Shown here in pieces: positions 12,075 to 24,104 of a stretch of DNA of 64,000 nucleotides. The stretch is from contig OZ024741.1 of assembly GCA_964016885.1 (NCBI GenBank), positions 37,076,001-37,140,000 of the forward strand. Reading direction: 5' to 3'. The notes under the pieces are model-generated. The model was not told where the DNA came from. It worked only from the letters and a program-made list of their open reading frames with translations, and made no database searches. This DNA is from Eledone cirrhosa (lineage: Eukaryota). Every line of letters starts with the position of its first letter. The first letter of the stretch is position 1. The translations under genes were made by a program, and so were the position numbers.

Positions 12075-12117
<43 letters not shown>

Positions 12118-12119
12118 GA

Positions 12120-12400
12120 GAAAGTGAACAACACAAAATATAACTACTCCATTACCAAAGGTTTCTGGATCCCAGACAATAATAATATACGTCTGGCTCG
12201 TTCATCAGACAGAGATGTTATGGATAGAAAATATGAAATGAGATTTTAAATCTGTTAAAAAATGGAAGATTTAAAATCTCATTTCATATTTTCTATCCAT
12301 AACAACTCTGTTTGATGAACAATCAAGATGTATATTATTATTGTCTGGGATCCAGAAATCTTTGGTAATGGAGTAGTTATATTTTGTGTTGTTCACTTTC
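12120..12400. repeat. ~280-bp fold-back palindrome carrying hammerhead motifs (Penelope pLTR-derived)
   Basis: Arms 12120-12251 and 12268-12400 are reverse complements with few mismatches; followed by a tail related to 29855-29915. Confidence 0.85.
12147..12214 (-). ncRNA. Type I hammerhead ribozyme
   Basis: CTCTGT-CTGATGA-(..CCAGAC loop GTCTGG..)-GAAA-CCtttGG-TA-ATGGAG; the opposite arm copy has TTGATGA (degenerate). Confidence 0.65.
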
Positions 12401-12732
12401 TAATTAAATAGCTCTGTTCTATACATAGAGCACTCTTTTTTCCTTTGCTTTTTCTTCGGAATTACCTAACACACACACACACATATATATATATGTGTGT
12501 TGAATTTTGAGTTATAGCATTGGTGTTTGTAATTCCAAGCTATCTGTATTGTCAGCATATTTATTTTGGGAAAAATATGAACTTTGCTATTAAGTAATTT
12601 CATGTACATCATTTATTTCAATATAATAAATTATCATAGATTTTGGGTGCTTACTATCCATTGTGATTAGATATTGATTAACCATCAATCACTTTTCCAA
12701 TCAACAGAAAAATAGCATCAGCAAGAACAACA

Positions 12733-12917
12733 TTAACCCTTTAGCATTTAAACTGGCTGTAACCAGCTGCTCATACTTATGTTAAGGTATTGTTCTCAAA
12801 ATAAATAATATCAAAATCTCATAGATTCGATACTATGTGATATAATTATGTAAGATAAAGACTTTACCGCGAAAATATAATAGTATATATAGAGTAATGT
12901 AAATGGTAAAGGGTTAA
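12733..12917. mobile_element. piggyBac-like MITE
   Basis: TTAA-CCCTTTAGCATT...AATGGTAAAGGG-TTAA termini; an inverted copy lies at 21373-21595 and a partial copy at ~36780-36992. Confidence 0.75.
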
Positions 12918-13205
12918 TGCCAACAGACCAAAGAAAAGCTAGTAACAGACCCAGATAAAATGTAAAATATTTGCCCAACCAAAGCTGATGATAGATCCAA
13001 TTCAGCTGTAAAATGTAGGCCTTCAAAGCTTATAATAAGCCTAGGTGTGATGTAAAATATAGGCCTGGCCAAAGCTAGTAATAGTCCCAGATTAAATAAA
13101 AGAAATAGACACCCAAATCTCGCAAAAGGTCCATATAATGTAGATCCAGCCTCTTTAGGAGCTAAATTGTTGCAGATGAATTATTGCATATGAATTATTG
13201 TAGAT

Positions 13206-13523
13206 CAGAGGTTCTCAAACTTTTTGGGGCCACCACCCACCTCATGGCTACACAGATACTCAGCACCCCCAGCTCCTATTTCCATAGAGACCTACCTGCA
13301 CGCAAATTGTAAATAATATATGATAAATAATATAATATATACTATGTATAAATAAATATTATATATATTTTATTTTACAATATATATATAATATGTATCA
13401 TTTGATATTTAATATACTATTATATCATCTCTACCTTAGATCCCAGCGCCCCCTTAGGCCCCAGCACCCCAGGGACCTTCTCAATGCCCTCGGGGATGGT
13501 AACACCCACTTTCAGAATCTCTG
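13206..13523. mobile_element. hAT (Charlie-like) MITE
   Basis: TIRs CAGAGGTTCTCAAA / TTTCAGAATCTCTG; 8-bp TSD TTGTAGAT / CTGTAGAT. Confidence 0.75.
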
Positions 13524-13804
13524 CTGTAGATGACTCCATTGAATCTTCATGAGTACAATGTAAAGGTGCTTGAATCATTGTTATATAATCAGCTTCATCT
13601 TGTGAGGTCCATACAAATGACAGAAAAAAAGGAAAACATTGTATAAAAGACGAGAAGAAGGGAAACATTCTACTAAAACTTGGTGAGGTGTAGAGTAAAG
13701 CTGTAAAAGACAATAACACAATATGTTGGGGAATATAAACCAGATGTAAAAGAAGGCCTGTTACAACTGCGGGTGCAGTTGTAGATGTACACATAGAATT
13801 ACTT

Positions 13805-13872
13805 TCATCATCAATGACATTATTATTATCATAATTATCATTTCCATCATCATCATCATCATCATTACCATC

Positions 13873-13904
<32 letters not shown>

Positions 13905-13914
13905 TACCATCATC

Positions 13915-13970
<56 letters not shown>

Positions 13971-14105
13971 CATCATCACCATCATCATCATCATTATCAT
14001 TACCAACATCATCATCATTATCAAATTCATTATTGACATCATCATCACCACCACTACTATAACCATCACCTCTACCACTATCATCATCATCAGCAATATC
14101 ACCAC
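13805..14105. repeat. (CAT/CAC)n microsatellite
   Basis: Direct inspection. Confidence 0.95.
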
Positions 14106-14134
14106 TGTTTTATATTTATTTTCCACAAACTATT

Positions 14135-14545
14135 TAGAATGTGTCCTTGAAAACAACCATGACAAATGGAACATCGTGCTCAGATATTGTTATACTTAAT
14201 AAAGAGGGACGAGTGTGTTGGCTAATAGATGTTGATTGTCTGTTTGATGCTTGAGTGGTAGACACAGAACATGAGAAAATAGAAAAAATATCAAGACCTA
14301 ACACATGAAATACAGAGAATCTGGAATTGCCATAAAACTGTTACCATCTCAATTGTAATAGGAGCCTTAGGGATAGTGGTTAAAAGTTTGAATGATTGGT
14401 TGAAGATGTTGGATACAGAACTCTCAGAAAGTTTGTTTGCTTGGTACAGCAAAAACCATATGAAAGGTGCTAGATACCTAAGGCTCTAGGAGACAGCTTG
14501 ATATCTCGCAATACACATACCGGCAGATGAAATGCTGGAGAAATA
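14135..14545 (+). mobile_element. Degenerate R4/Dong-like non-LTR 3' fragment (REL endonuclease region)
   Basis: Decayed EKIEKYQDL, VIGALG, LGTAKTI..VL similarity; ends at (AAT)n. Confidence 0.65.
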
Positions 14546-14562
14546 ATAATAATAATAATAAT

Positions 14563-14968
14563 ATTGGAACACAATAGGCCTGACCTGGTGGTTTTGGACA
14601 AGGAAAAAAGATTGTGCCTGATTGTGGATGAAGCCTGCCCATTCGACACGGGAGTGCAGGAGAAGGAGAGGGAGAAAATTAACCGATTCAGGACTTAAAG
14701 TGGGAGGTAAAAAGGATTTGGAACTGCCATGAAGTCAAAGTGGTCCCGATTGTCATAGGCGCACTAGGTACTATCTCAAAGAGTTTCCAAGGATGGTTAA
14801 AGAAAATTAGTCCCGCCCCGCTTTTTGGAACACTTCAAGAGGCATGCTTGCTGGGAACAGCAAGAACCCTCCGATACGTCCTGAATATCTGAGGCTGCAG
14901 GTAACGGCTTGATATTCATTTCAACAAACTTTCCAGTTAACTAACATCAATGACTGATACTCAAAGAA
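14563..14968 (+). mobile_element. R4/Dong-like non-LTR 3' fragment with restriction-like endonuclease
   Basis: Translates HNRPDLVVLDKEKRLCLIVDEACPFD..EKEREKI../DLKWEVKRIW..VVPIVIGALG..ACLLGTARTLRYVL*; bounded by (AAT)n on both sides. Confidence 0.85.
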
Positions 14969-14981
14969 TAATAATAATAAT

Positions 14982-15835
14982 TGTTTCTACTTTTGGCACA
15001 AGGCCAGCAATTTCCCAGTGCCTTACTGGTACTTTATTTTATCAACCCCTAAGGATGAAAGGCAAAGTTAACCTTGGCGGGATTTGAACTCAGACTGTAA
15101 AGGGACGTAACTATGCTGGAAAGCATGGCGTCCGATCTTCTACTGATACTGCCAATCCCCCGCCCTTTATATAATAATAATAATAATAATAATTGTTTCT
15201 ACTTTAGGCACAAGGCCAGCAATTACCCAGTGCATTACTGGTACTTTATTTTATCGACCCCGTAAGGATGAAAGGCAAAGTCAACCTCGGCGGGATTTGA
15301 ACTCAGATCGTAAAGGGACATAACTATGCTGGAAAGCATGGCGTCCAACCCTCTACTGATACTGCCAATCCACCAATAATAATAATAATAATGGTTTCTT
15401 ATATAGGCACAAGGCCAGTAATTTGGGGGGAAGGGAAGTCGTTTAAATTGACCCCAGTGTGTGACTGGTACTTTATTTTATTGACCCCGTAAGGATGAAA
15501 GGCAAAGATAACTTCAACAGGATTTGAACTCAGACCGTAAAGACGTAACTATGCTGGAAAGCATGGTGTCCGCCCCTCTACTGATACTGCTAATTCACCA
15601 CTGTTAATAATAATAATAATGATTTCTAGTATAGGCACAAGGTCAGTAATTTGGGGGGAAGGGAAAGTCGATTAAATCGACCCCAGTACATTACTGGTGC
15701 TTTATTTTATCGCCCCCGTAAGGATGAAAGGCAAAGTTAACTTCGACGGGATTTGAACTCAGACCGTAAAGGGATATAACTATGCTAGAAAGCATGGCGT
15801 CCAGCCCTTTACTGATACTGCCAATTCACCGCCCT
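14982..15835 (-). mobile_element. Four tandem type-1 tRNA-SINEs separated by (AAT)n
   Basis: Copies at ~14982-15165, 15194-15373, 15393-15601 and 15620-15835, each homologous to 8279-8463. Confidence 0.88.
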
Positions 15836-15849
15836 TTAATAATGATAAT

Positions 15850-17195
15850 AACAGCAACCTGTACTGGATTATGGCTTCCATTGAGAGAAGCCATAGGGGA
15901 ACTGTAAGATAGTGGTTACAAGTATTTGGGGATTTTAGAACTGGATGACATTTTACATGCAGAAATGAAAGAAATGGTTAGAGAGACATATTTAAAAAGA
16001 GTAAAAATGATTTTAAATCCAACCAGAATGTGAGAAATCTGGTCACAGTTATGAATATCTGGGCTGTTGCAGTGGTTAGATATAGTGTGTTCATTCTCAG
16101 GTGGACTGAAGAAGAAATAGCAAAGTTGGATAGAAATGACATTGTATAGAGCTTTACACACTAAAGCAAATATAAACAGATTGTACATGAAGAGAAAGAA
16201 TGGTGGCAGAGGTCTCATAAGTGAGATTATTGGATAATGAGTGAAAGGAGAATGCTTGCAGAATATTTGATAAACAGTGATGAAGAGTTGCAATATGCAA
16301 CAGAAGATATGGGTATAAATGCAGTAGAAATGTTTTGTAAGGAAGAGTTTAACCAAAGAAGTGAAGAGAAAAGAAGATATTCTGGAAATGAAAATGCAGA
16401 GGTAGTTTGAAAGAAATACACAGGATATCAAATATAAAACATCATGGACATGGCTTGAGCAAGGTGATTTGAAGTGTACTACTGAAAGCCTTAAAATTAC
16501 AGCACAAGACCAAGCTTTTGTTACCAATTTGGTGAAATATAACATCTACAAAACTTTTGACACCCAGAATTAGACTGTAGAAAATGAAACCCACTTGGTT
16601 AGTGGATATGTGAGCCTTGTGCAAAAAGAATATAAGCGGCACCATGATAAAGTCTGTTTTTTCCTTCATTGGTTGATGTCGTAAATACCAATATGAAATT
16701 ATAGAGAATTGATAGGAGCATGGGCCTTGCAAAATAATGCAAGAAGATGGGAAAGCAACAATATTCTGAGATTATGATTTCCAGGCTGATAGAGTAATTG
16801 AGTATTGCTGACCAGACATTGTTGTATTGAACAAGAAATACAAATACTGTCGGATCATAGATGTAGCCATACCAAATGACATGAGAATTGGAAGTAAAGA
16901 GGTTGGAAAAAATCACCAAAGACTCCAAATTGAAAGTGGAGATGGCAAGACTGTTTGGAATGTAAGAGGGTAATGTGAAGATGATATCAGTTGTGATTGG
17001 GCCATTAGGGCCAATCCCATTGAATCTTAAAGACTTCTTAAAGCAGTTGGGAATATCATGCAAGATTGGTATCATACAAAAATCAGCCTTGCACATATTT
17101 TAAAGAAAATATTATCTGTCTGAGGTCCTTGTTGTGACTTGACAGATGAGTAAATACTCCGGTGCACTTTCCATCTACACTGCATGACAGATGTA
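15850..17195 (+). mobile_element. Degenerate R4/Dong-like non-LTR element (RT end, CCHC region, REL endonuclease)
   Basis: Decayed motifs YKYLGILE, RLYMKRKNGGRGL, AQDQAF, YKRHHDKV, PDIVV, IIDVAIPND, VIGPLG; many stops and frameshifts. Confidence 0.75.
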
Positions 17196-17208
17196 ATAAT
17201 AACATTGA

Positions 17209-18180
17209 TGATTTCTGGTTTAGGCACAAGGCCAACAAATTCGGAGCAGGGAGAAAGTGATTAAATTGACCCCAGTGCATTACAGGTGCTTTATTTTTTC
17301 GACCCTGTATGGATGAACATGAAAGCTAACCTTGGTGGGATTTGAACTCAGAACTTAACGGGCTGTAACTCTATACTGCACAGTATGGTATCTAATGCTC
17401 TACCAATACTGTCAATCCATCGCTCTTCTACTGCTGCCATAATAATAATAGTAATAATATCCTTTCTAAAATTGGCACAAGGGGAGGCAAGGGGATGTTG
17501 ATTATATTGACACCAATATTTAACTGGTACTTTATTTTACTGACCCCAGGAGGAGGAAAAGCAAATTTGATCTCAGTGGAATTGGAATTCAAAATGTAAC
17601 TAAATACTGCAGAGCATTTTGTCCAATGGGGAAAGTTGATTATATCAACCCCCAATGCTTTACTTTTTCAATCTCGGAAGGATGTAAAGCAAAGTTGACC
17701 TTAATGGGATTTTAACTCAGAATGTAAAGATTTGGAACAAATACTGCAAAACATTTTATCCAGTACTCTAATGGTTCTGCCAATTCACCACTCTCACGTG
17801 GAAGATAATAATTGTTTCTAGTTTTGGCACAAGGCCAGCAATTATCCTGGTACTTTATTTTATCGACCCCGCAAGGATGAAAGGCAGTTAACCTCGGTGG
17901 GATTTGAACTCAGATCTTAAAGTCCCGTAACTCTTTGCTGCAAAGGATGGCATCCGACCCTCTACCGATACTGCCAATCCGATAATAATTGTTTCTACTT
18001 TTGGCACAAGGCCAGCAATTACCCAGTACATTACTGGTACTTTATTTTATTGACCCCGTAAGGATGAAAGGCAAAGTTAACCTCGGCGGGATTTGAACTA
18101 AAAACTTAAAGGTATATAACTCTATGCTGTAAAGCATGTTGTCTGACACTCTAACAGTATTGCCAGTAAATCACCCTCAT
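17209..18180 (-). mobile_element. Cluster of ~5 type-1 tRNA-SINEs (some partial or older), mostly separated by (AAT)n
   Basis: Copies near 17209-17425, 17459-17625, 17627-17800, 17812-17980 and 17990-18180. Confidence 0.8.
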
Positions 18181-18559
18181 GTAGAAGGTAATAACAACAA
18201 TAAGGATCTCTTTTATTTGCCACAGGGGTATTAGATGAGGACATTACAAAAGCTGGTTACATAGAAATGAGAATTTTAAAGAAATATAAACATAAAACTG
18301 ACATAAAGTTATACATAAGTGTTTCTATTTAAAATTAATAGCTTAAACCTGTTGACTGGTTTCTATTACATGTTTTCTATTACCATGTCTGGTGCTGCTT
18401 CTTAGGGAACTAGACAGAAATCAGATAATGGTAACTAGTGACATAAATACACTCACACACACATGTATATATATATATATATATATATGCACACAATCAC
18501 ATCACCAGGCACATACACAGAGAGATATTGTAATGTGAGACCACAACACCCTAATGCAC

Positions 18560-18589
18560 ACACACACACTCACACACTCATTCTACAAG

Positions 18590-18620
<31 letters not shown>

Positions 18621-18835
18621 CATGCAACAAGGCACACACTCACACACACACTCATACACTCATGCAACAAGACACACACACACACACACTCACACACTCA
18701 TGCAACAAGACACACACACATACACACTCACACACTCACGCAACAAGACACACACACACTCTCACACACTCATGCAACAAGACACACACACACTCACACA
18801 CACTCACACACTCATGCAACAAGACACACACACAG
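18560..18835. repeat. Compound minisatellite CTCATGCAACAAGA(CA)n
   Basis: About 7 repeats of ACTCATGCAACAAGAC separated by variable CA runs. Confidence 0.9.
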
Positions 18836-18974
18836 ATACAGTTACATGAATCACCATGCACCAATACACAGTCATCTAAGTTGATTAATTCAAGCTGTAA
18901 TTATTACAATCATAGAAAGATTTTTGTTTGTCTTCTCAATTTTACAAATAGCATGTAGATATGTTATATATAAG

Positions 18975-20157
18975 GTAGGACAGTGCAAGCTATATACAGA
19001 GGTGCTGTCAGTAAAGTGAGGGTAGGAATGGAGTTTAGTGAGGAATTCCAGATACAAGTAGGAGTACATCAGGGTTCGGTCCTCAACCTGCTCTTGTTCA
19101 TTATAGTTCTCCAAGCCATAACAGAGGAGTCTAAGACTGGCTGCCCATGGGAACTTCTCTATGCTGACAATCTGGTTCTTATATCAGCATCAGTAGAGGA
19201 GCTAGAGAATAAATTCTGACTGGAAACAGCAGTTGGAATCAAGAGGACTGACAGTGAACCTAGCTAAGACAAAAGTGTTGATGAGTAGAAAAGAGGACAA
19301 AACTCTGTTTCCGTCAGGGAAATGGCTAAGTTCAACATGCAGAAAAGGAACTGGCATAAATTCTATAAAATGCACACGATGCAGATCTTGGGTACACAAG
19401 AGATGTAGTGGGATAGCAGGCAAACTAACAGGTAGGGAAAACTATGTATGCAGTAGATGTACAGGGAAATTAGACAGTAGAAGTCGCATTGATAGACACA
19501 TTTTCCAAAAGCAGGTAGGTTCTATAGCAGTGGTTGATAGCTTCCGGTACCTAGGTGATCAGATTAGCATGGGAGGGGGTGTTCCAATGCCATAATATCT
19601 AGAATAAAGACAGGTCGGAAGAAGTTTAGGGAGCTGCTTCCTCTGTTGACAAAGAAGGGTTTCTCCCTTCCTACGAAAGGCCGGTTATATGATGCCTGTG
19701 TGAGATGCGCGATGTTGCATGGTAGTGAGACATGGGCAGCAACTGCAGAGGATAAGCAATGGCTGGAGAGAAATGAAGCAAGCATGCTCCGTTGGATGTG
19801 TAATGTCAATGTGTGTGAACGACCAAGCATAGACGAGTTGAGAAAGAAACTGTGTATAAGAGGGATAAGTTGTAGTGTGCGGAAGAGAAGACTGTGATGG
19901 TATGGACATGTGATGTGCATGGAGGATGACTGCTGAGTAAAGAAGTGCCAAGAAATCCCAGTAGAAGGAAGATACAGTAGAGGAAGACTACGAAAAACAT
20001 GGGCGAAGGTGGTGAGAGCAGATCTCAGAACGCTGAAGCTCACGGAGGAGATGACGAAGGACCATGACAAGTGGAGAGATGCTGTGCTGAATAGAACCCG
20101 TCCCACCCTTGCAAGCAGAGAAAAGCGGACGTAAAATGATGATGATGATGATGATGA
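18975..20157 (+). mobile_element. Older 5'-truncated RTE (family C) with a short tail directly after the ORF
   Basis: [14 protein letters not shown], zinc-finger remnants, HGSETW; ends ACCCGTCCCACCCTTGCAAGCAGAGAAAAGCGGACGTAAAA(TGA)n followed by (TA)n. Confidence 0.88.
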
Positions 20158-21372
20158 TTTATATATATATATATATACTCATTTTTTAACGTCTATTTTC
20201 CATGCTAGCATGGGTTAGACAGGTTGTCCCATTTGATGCAAGTCAGGTCAGGTGACCATGTCTTGCTCATACAGAACTGTTTCTGGCCTGATTTCTACAG
20301 CTGGATGCCCTTCCTAATGCCAACAATAGAGTGTGTGCTGGGTGTCTTTTGAGAGAGATGTATAAGTATATATATATATATCATCATATCATCATATATG
20401 TAATTTTCCATACTTGCCTGGGTTATATAGGTTGTCACATAGAGGGTAAGCAAGTTAGACAACTGTGTCTTGCTTATATGTTCCATTTTGGTATGGTTTC
20501 TACAGCTAGATACCCTTCCCAATGTCAACCACTTCATGGCATGTACCAGGTTTGCTTTCTCGTGGTACCCTCATGATGGATGGACTGGGTCCTTTTTTTC
20601 TGGGACCCTATATGTATATATGTAAACAAGATTGATTGACTTATAAAGAATTGAAAAATTAAAAAAATATATTTGCCACAATGCCAATAACTATAGATAA
20701 TAGTTGAACAAAATCACTCCTACAGACAGAAAAGCAGTGGACAGAGATACCTGCAGGGAAACTATGCAACAGTCCTATGCCAGACAAGCACATTTAACTT
20801 TGACAGATCAGTGCCTCTACCTGCTAATTACCATGTTATAGAAGATTTTAGCACGTAACTAGAAATAGATACAAAATTTGTTGACCTACAAAGCATTGGG
20901 AAACCTGAAAATACAAGTAGCTGGATAACATCCACATCTTTGGTTGGTGTCACTTGGGGGAGGGGTCAAGCCAGATGATTTCTGGAAGGTATCTCTGAAA
21001 ACTTTTTCCTGCCTGCCCTAGACTCTCTCAAGAATAAGTGGATGTAAGAAGAAGAAGAAATATGCCACAATGCAGATAACTATAATGCTAGTTGATAACT
21101 ATAAATATAATACAGGTAATGAATTGGTTGAGTCATTAGAATGTTGGATAGAATGTTTTGTGGTATTCATTTCGACTCTCTGCTCTCTGAGTTCAAATCC
21201 TGCTGAGATCAACTTTGCTTTCATCCTTTCAAGGTTGACAAAACAATACCAGTCAAGTACTGGGGTCAATTCTTCCTCTATATCTCTTTCTCACTTCCAT
21301 TCTCTCACTCTATCCTTCTCTAGAAGACATCTGCTGTATTCAGACCTGGAGAGGAGATCGGCTCTGCCAGGT

Positions 21373-21595
21373 TTAACCCTTTAGCATTCACATTATTTTA
21401 TATATACTATTATATTTTCATGGCTTTACCTCACATAATTACCTCAGATAATATCGAATCTATGATATTTTGAAAGTATTTATTTTGAGAACAATACCTT
21501 AACATCAGTTTGAGTGACCAGTTACAGCCAGTTTTAACAGAAAGAGGTGAGAGAATTCTGGCCGGTTTTGGCTGGTTTGAACATTAAAGCGTTAA
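21373..21595. mobile_element. piggyBac-like MITE (inverted copy of 12733-12917)
   Basis: TTAACCCTTTAGCATT start, AAAGCGTTAA end, shared internal sequence. Confidence 0.7.
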
Positions 21596-21952
21596 AAATG
21601 TCCTAGAAATGCCATATGTCAATATAGTGCCTCTACAACTCCCTCAGGAGTTACAGGACCATCCATCCATAGATAGCTGCATAAATCAGGTAAAGCACAC
21701 CTGGAGGTGGAAAAAAATTGAACAGAGAAACCTGTGAGGAATTGAACCACACATTTTCATATTGAATCTTCTAAAAAGATGGTAATTAACAACCAGGGAC
21801 CTTTTGACATAATCCTTAAATACACCTGTCTGGTATATAAGAAATGCATTGTTTGATTCCCTACAGGTGTCTCTGTCCACTTTTTACCTTCTCCAGAACT
21901 ACTTTAGCTGATTAATTCAACTATTATATATAGTTATCTGCATTGTAGTGAA

Positions 21953-22261
21953 TACCGTATTTCCCAGCATCAAAGACACTGTTTTTTTCCTAAAAATAAG
22001 TTTTCCTAAAATAAATCTACCATGTATCCTGGAGGTCGAAGGTTGCATTTCTCATAGGAAAATTATCTATGCTAGTCAGTAGTCTGAACTCTTGTATATG
22101 GCCCCTAATGAGGTGTATAAATCAAACTTAGTTATGGAAGTAAATAAACAAAATATCATTAAAAATTAGGTAACAAGACCTTATTAAAGTTTTTCAAATT
22201 TATGGTTGTCAAAATTGGGGTGTGTCCTTGAGGGTGAAGCATCTTGAAGAGAAATATAGTA
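21953..22261. mobile_element. Degenerate Tc1/pogo-type MITE
   Basis: TA-CCGTATTTCCC left end and GAGAAATATAG-TA right end. Confidence 0.5.
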
Positions 22262-22834
22262 TATACATATTGAGTAGTGATGATGATGACATAATATATA
22301 TATATATATATTTAAAAAAATAGAGGTGTGACACACGAGTTGTGATATATTAGAAAAAAGGAAAAGAAAATGCTGACAAATTTTTCCCAGTGAAAAATAG
22401 TTTAATTAGGAATAAGTATAAATTAGTAATAAGTATTAGTTAGTATTCAGTTTTAGTTTTAAGTTTTTACCGGTTGCGCATTTCTTATGCTTTTCAAAAA
22501 TAATTTTGAGATAGAGTGCTCGTGATGTTTGCTCTAATCTAATATATATATATATAAAAAGGATCGATCGACTTTCGTCAAATCGGACCGAGGAAACAAT
22601 GTTTTCGTCGGTCTTTCCAGTTGCTAATACTATCTATCGGTCGCAACTCCAGGTAGAAGGAGCAACGTGAAATAAAGTATCTTGCTCAAGGATAACGCAT
22701 CACCCGGTCCAGGAATCGAACTCAGAAACTCAAAATTGTGAATCCAATTAGCCACACGCGCCTTCACTATATATATATATATATAAAATAAAGTTAAATA
22801 AAAGTCAAATGATTAAAATTTACCTTCGTTTATT

Positions 22835-22889
22835 ACTGCTATATATATTTCAGTGACAGCCATCTTTCGCTGTGACCTCTTCAGGCAGT
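22835..22889 (-). ncRNA. Minimal type I hammerhead ribozyme (3' pLTR, sense to the ORF)
   Basis: ACTGC-CTGAAGA-GGTCACAGC..GCTGTCACT-GAAA-TATATA-TA-GCAGT; palindromic stem III; AATAAA follows. Confidence 0.8.
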
Positions 22890-24104
22890 TTGAATTAGTA
22901 TGGTATAGACAAGTACATATGTTGTTTAGGTGTATAATATTGTCAATACTCTGATATGTCCAGTTCCTGGTTGGGTTGTTAATTCACTGAGGAACTGGAG
23001 TCATATGAATTCAAACAAACGAATTTCAGTGTCAAAGGTCCTCTTCTCCTCTCATTGGTCAGTTATTAGAACATTCCTCATTCTAAGTGTTGTTATTGTT
23101 GGAGATAGCTTAAAAATTGATAAAATGGTAGAAGGGACAAGGTGTTAAAGGAACAAAATAACAAAAAAAGTGTCAAACTTCCCATTGGTCAGTTCTGAGA
23201 GCATTCCTCAGTCAGAAGTCTATAGAATTCTTTCTGGGGTGTGGCTCCCTGTAGTGTTTTTGCCTGCTATTGTTCAGTACATTTGACCTCTACCATTATT
23301 TTGGTAGTGTTGTTGGTGTTGTGGTCAGCTTATATCTTGCTGCTGCTAACAATTTAGAAGTATCCAGTTAGTGTTTTTTCTTCATCCCTCCTGCCACCAT
23401 CGTAGTGGTGGTGGTGGTGGTGGTGGGGGGGGGGGGGTTCTTCCATGTATATGAAGAAATATAAGGCAATAAATGAAGAAAACAGAAAATAAATAAATAA
23501 TATAATAAAATAATTAATATAATTTGTATAATTTGAAAATAAATAAATAAATAGAGAATAAAGAATAAAGAATAAATGAAAAATTGGTGAAAAAGTAATG
23601 AAAATGAATATGGAGAAGTGAGAAATAATGTAGGATAAAGTGTGTGTGCTATAACCAATCTCAAGGTCAGAATATGTTGGATAGATTGGTATGAGACAAG
23701 ATGTTAAGATGAGATATTCAAACTAAATGTGTTTGTGTTATAATCAATCTCAACTCAAAAATAAATATAAGGTGATGCAGTGAAGAGGGCAGAAAACAAA
23801 TAACAAATTAATAAAGAGAAATCAAGATTTAAGATTGGAACTTGAAAATCAGAAATCTAGTAAATTAAAAGTGTTTGTGTTATAGATGTTGGCCAAATTA
23901 TTATGGCTGTGTCCGATTCTATCTCTAGGTTATCGTGGTATTTGCTCCGCCTGGGTTGTTCCCTATGGCTTGAGGGGAGTTCACAACCTAAGGTGTTGTT
24001 ATTGCCCATATAGCTTGAGGGAGGTCTGGCCGAGAGGTGTTTTCATGTTCTGTAGAAGTCCCTATAGCTTGAGGGGAGTTCACATCTTCTTGTGTTGCTA
24101 CTGT

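Noticed and set aside
22930-23148. Identical 72-aa ORFs at 22930 (+) and 26804 (-)
   Set aside because: A consequence of the inverted pLTR duplication; no coding hallmarks
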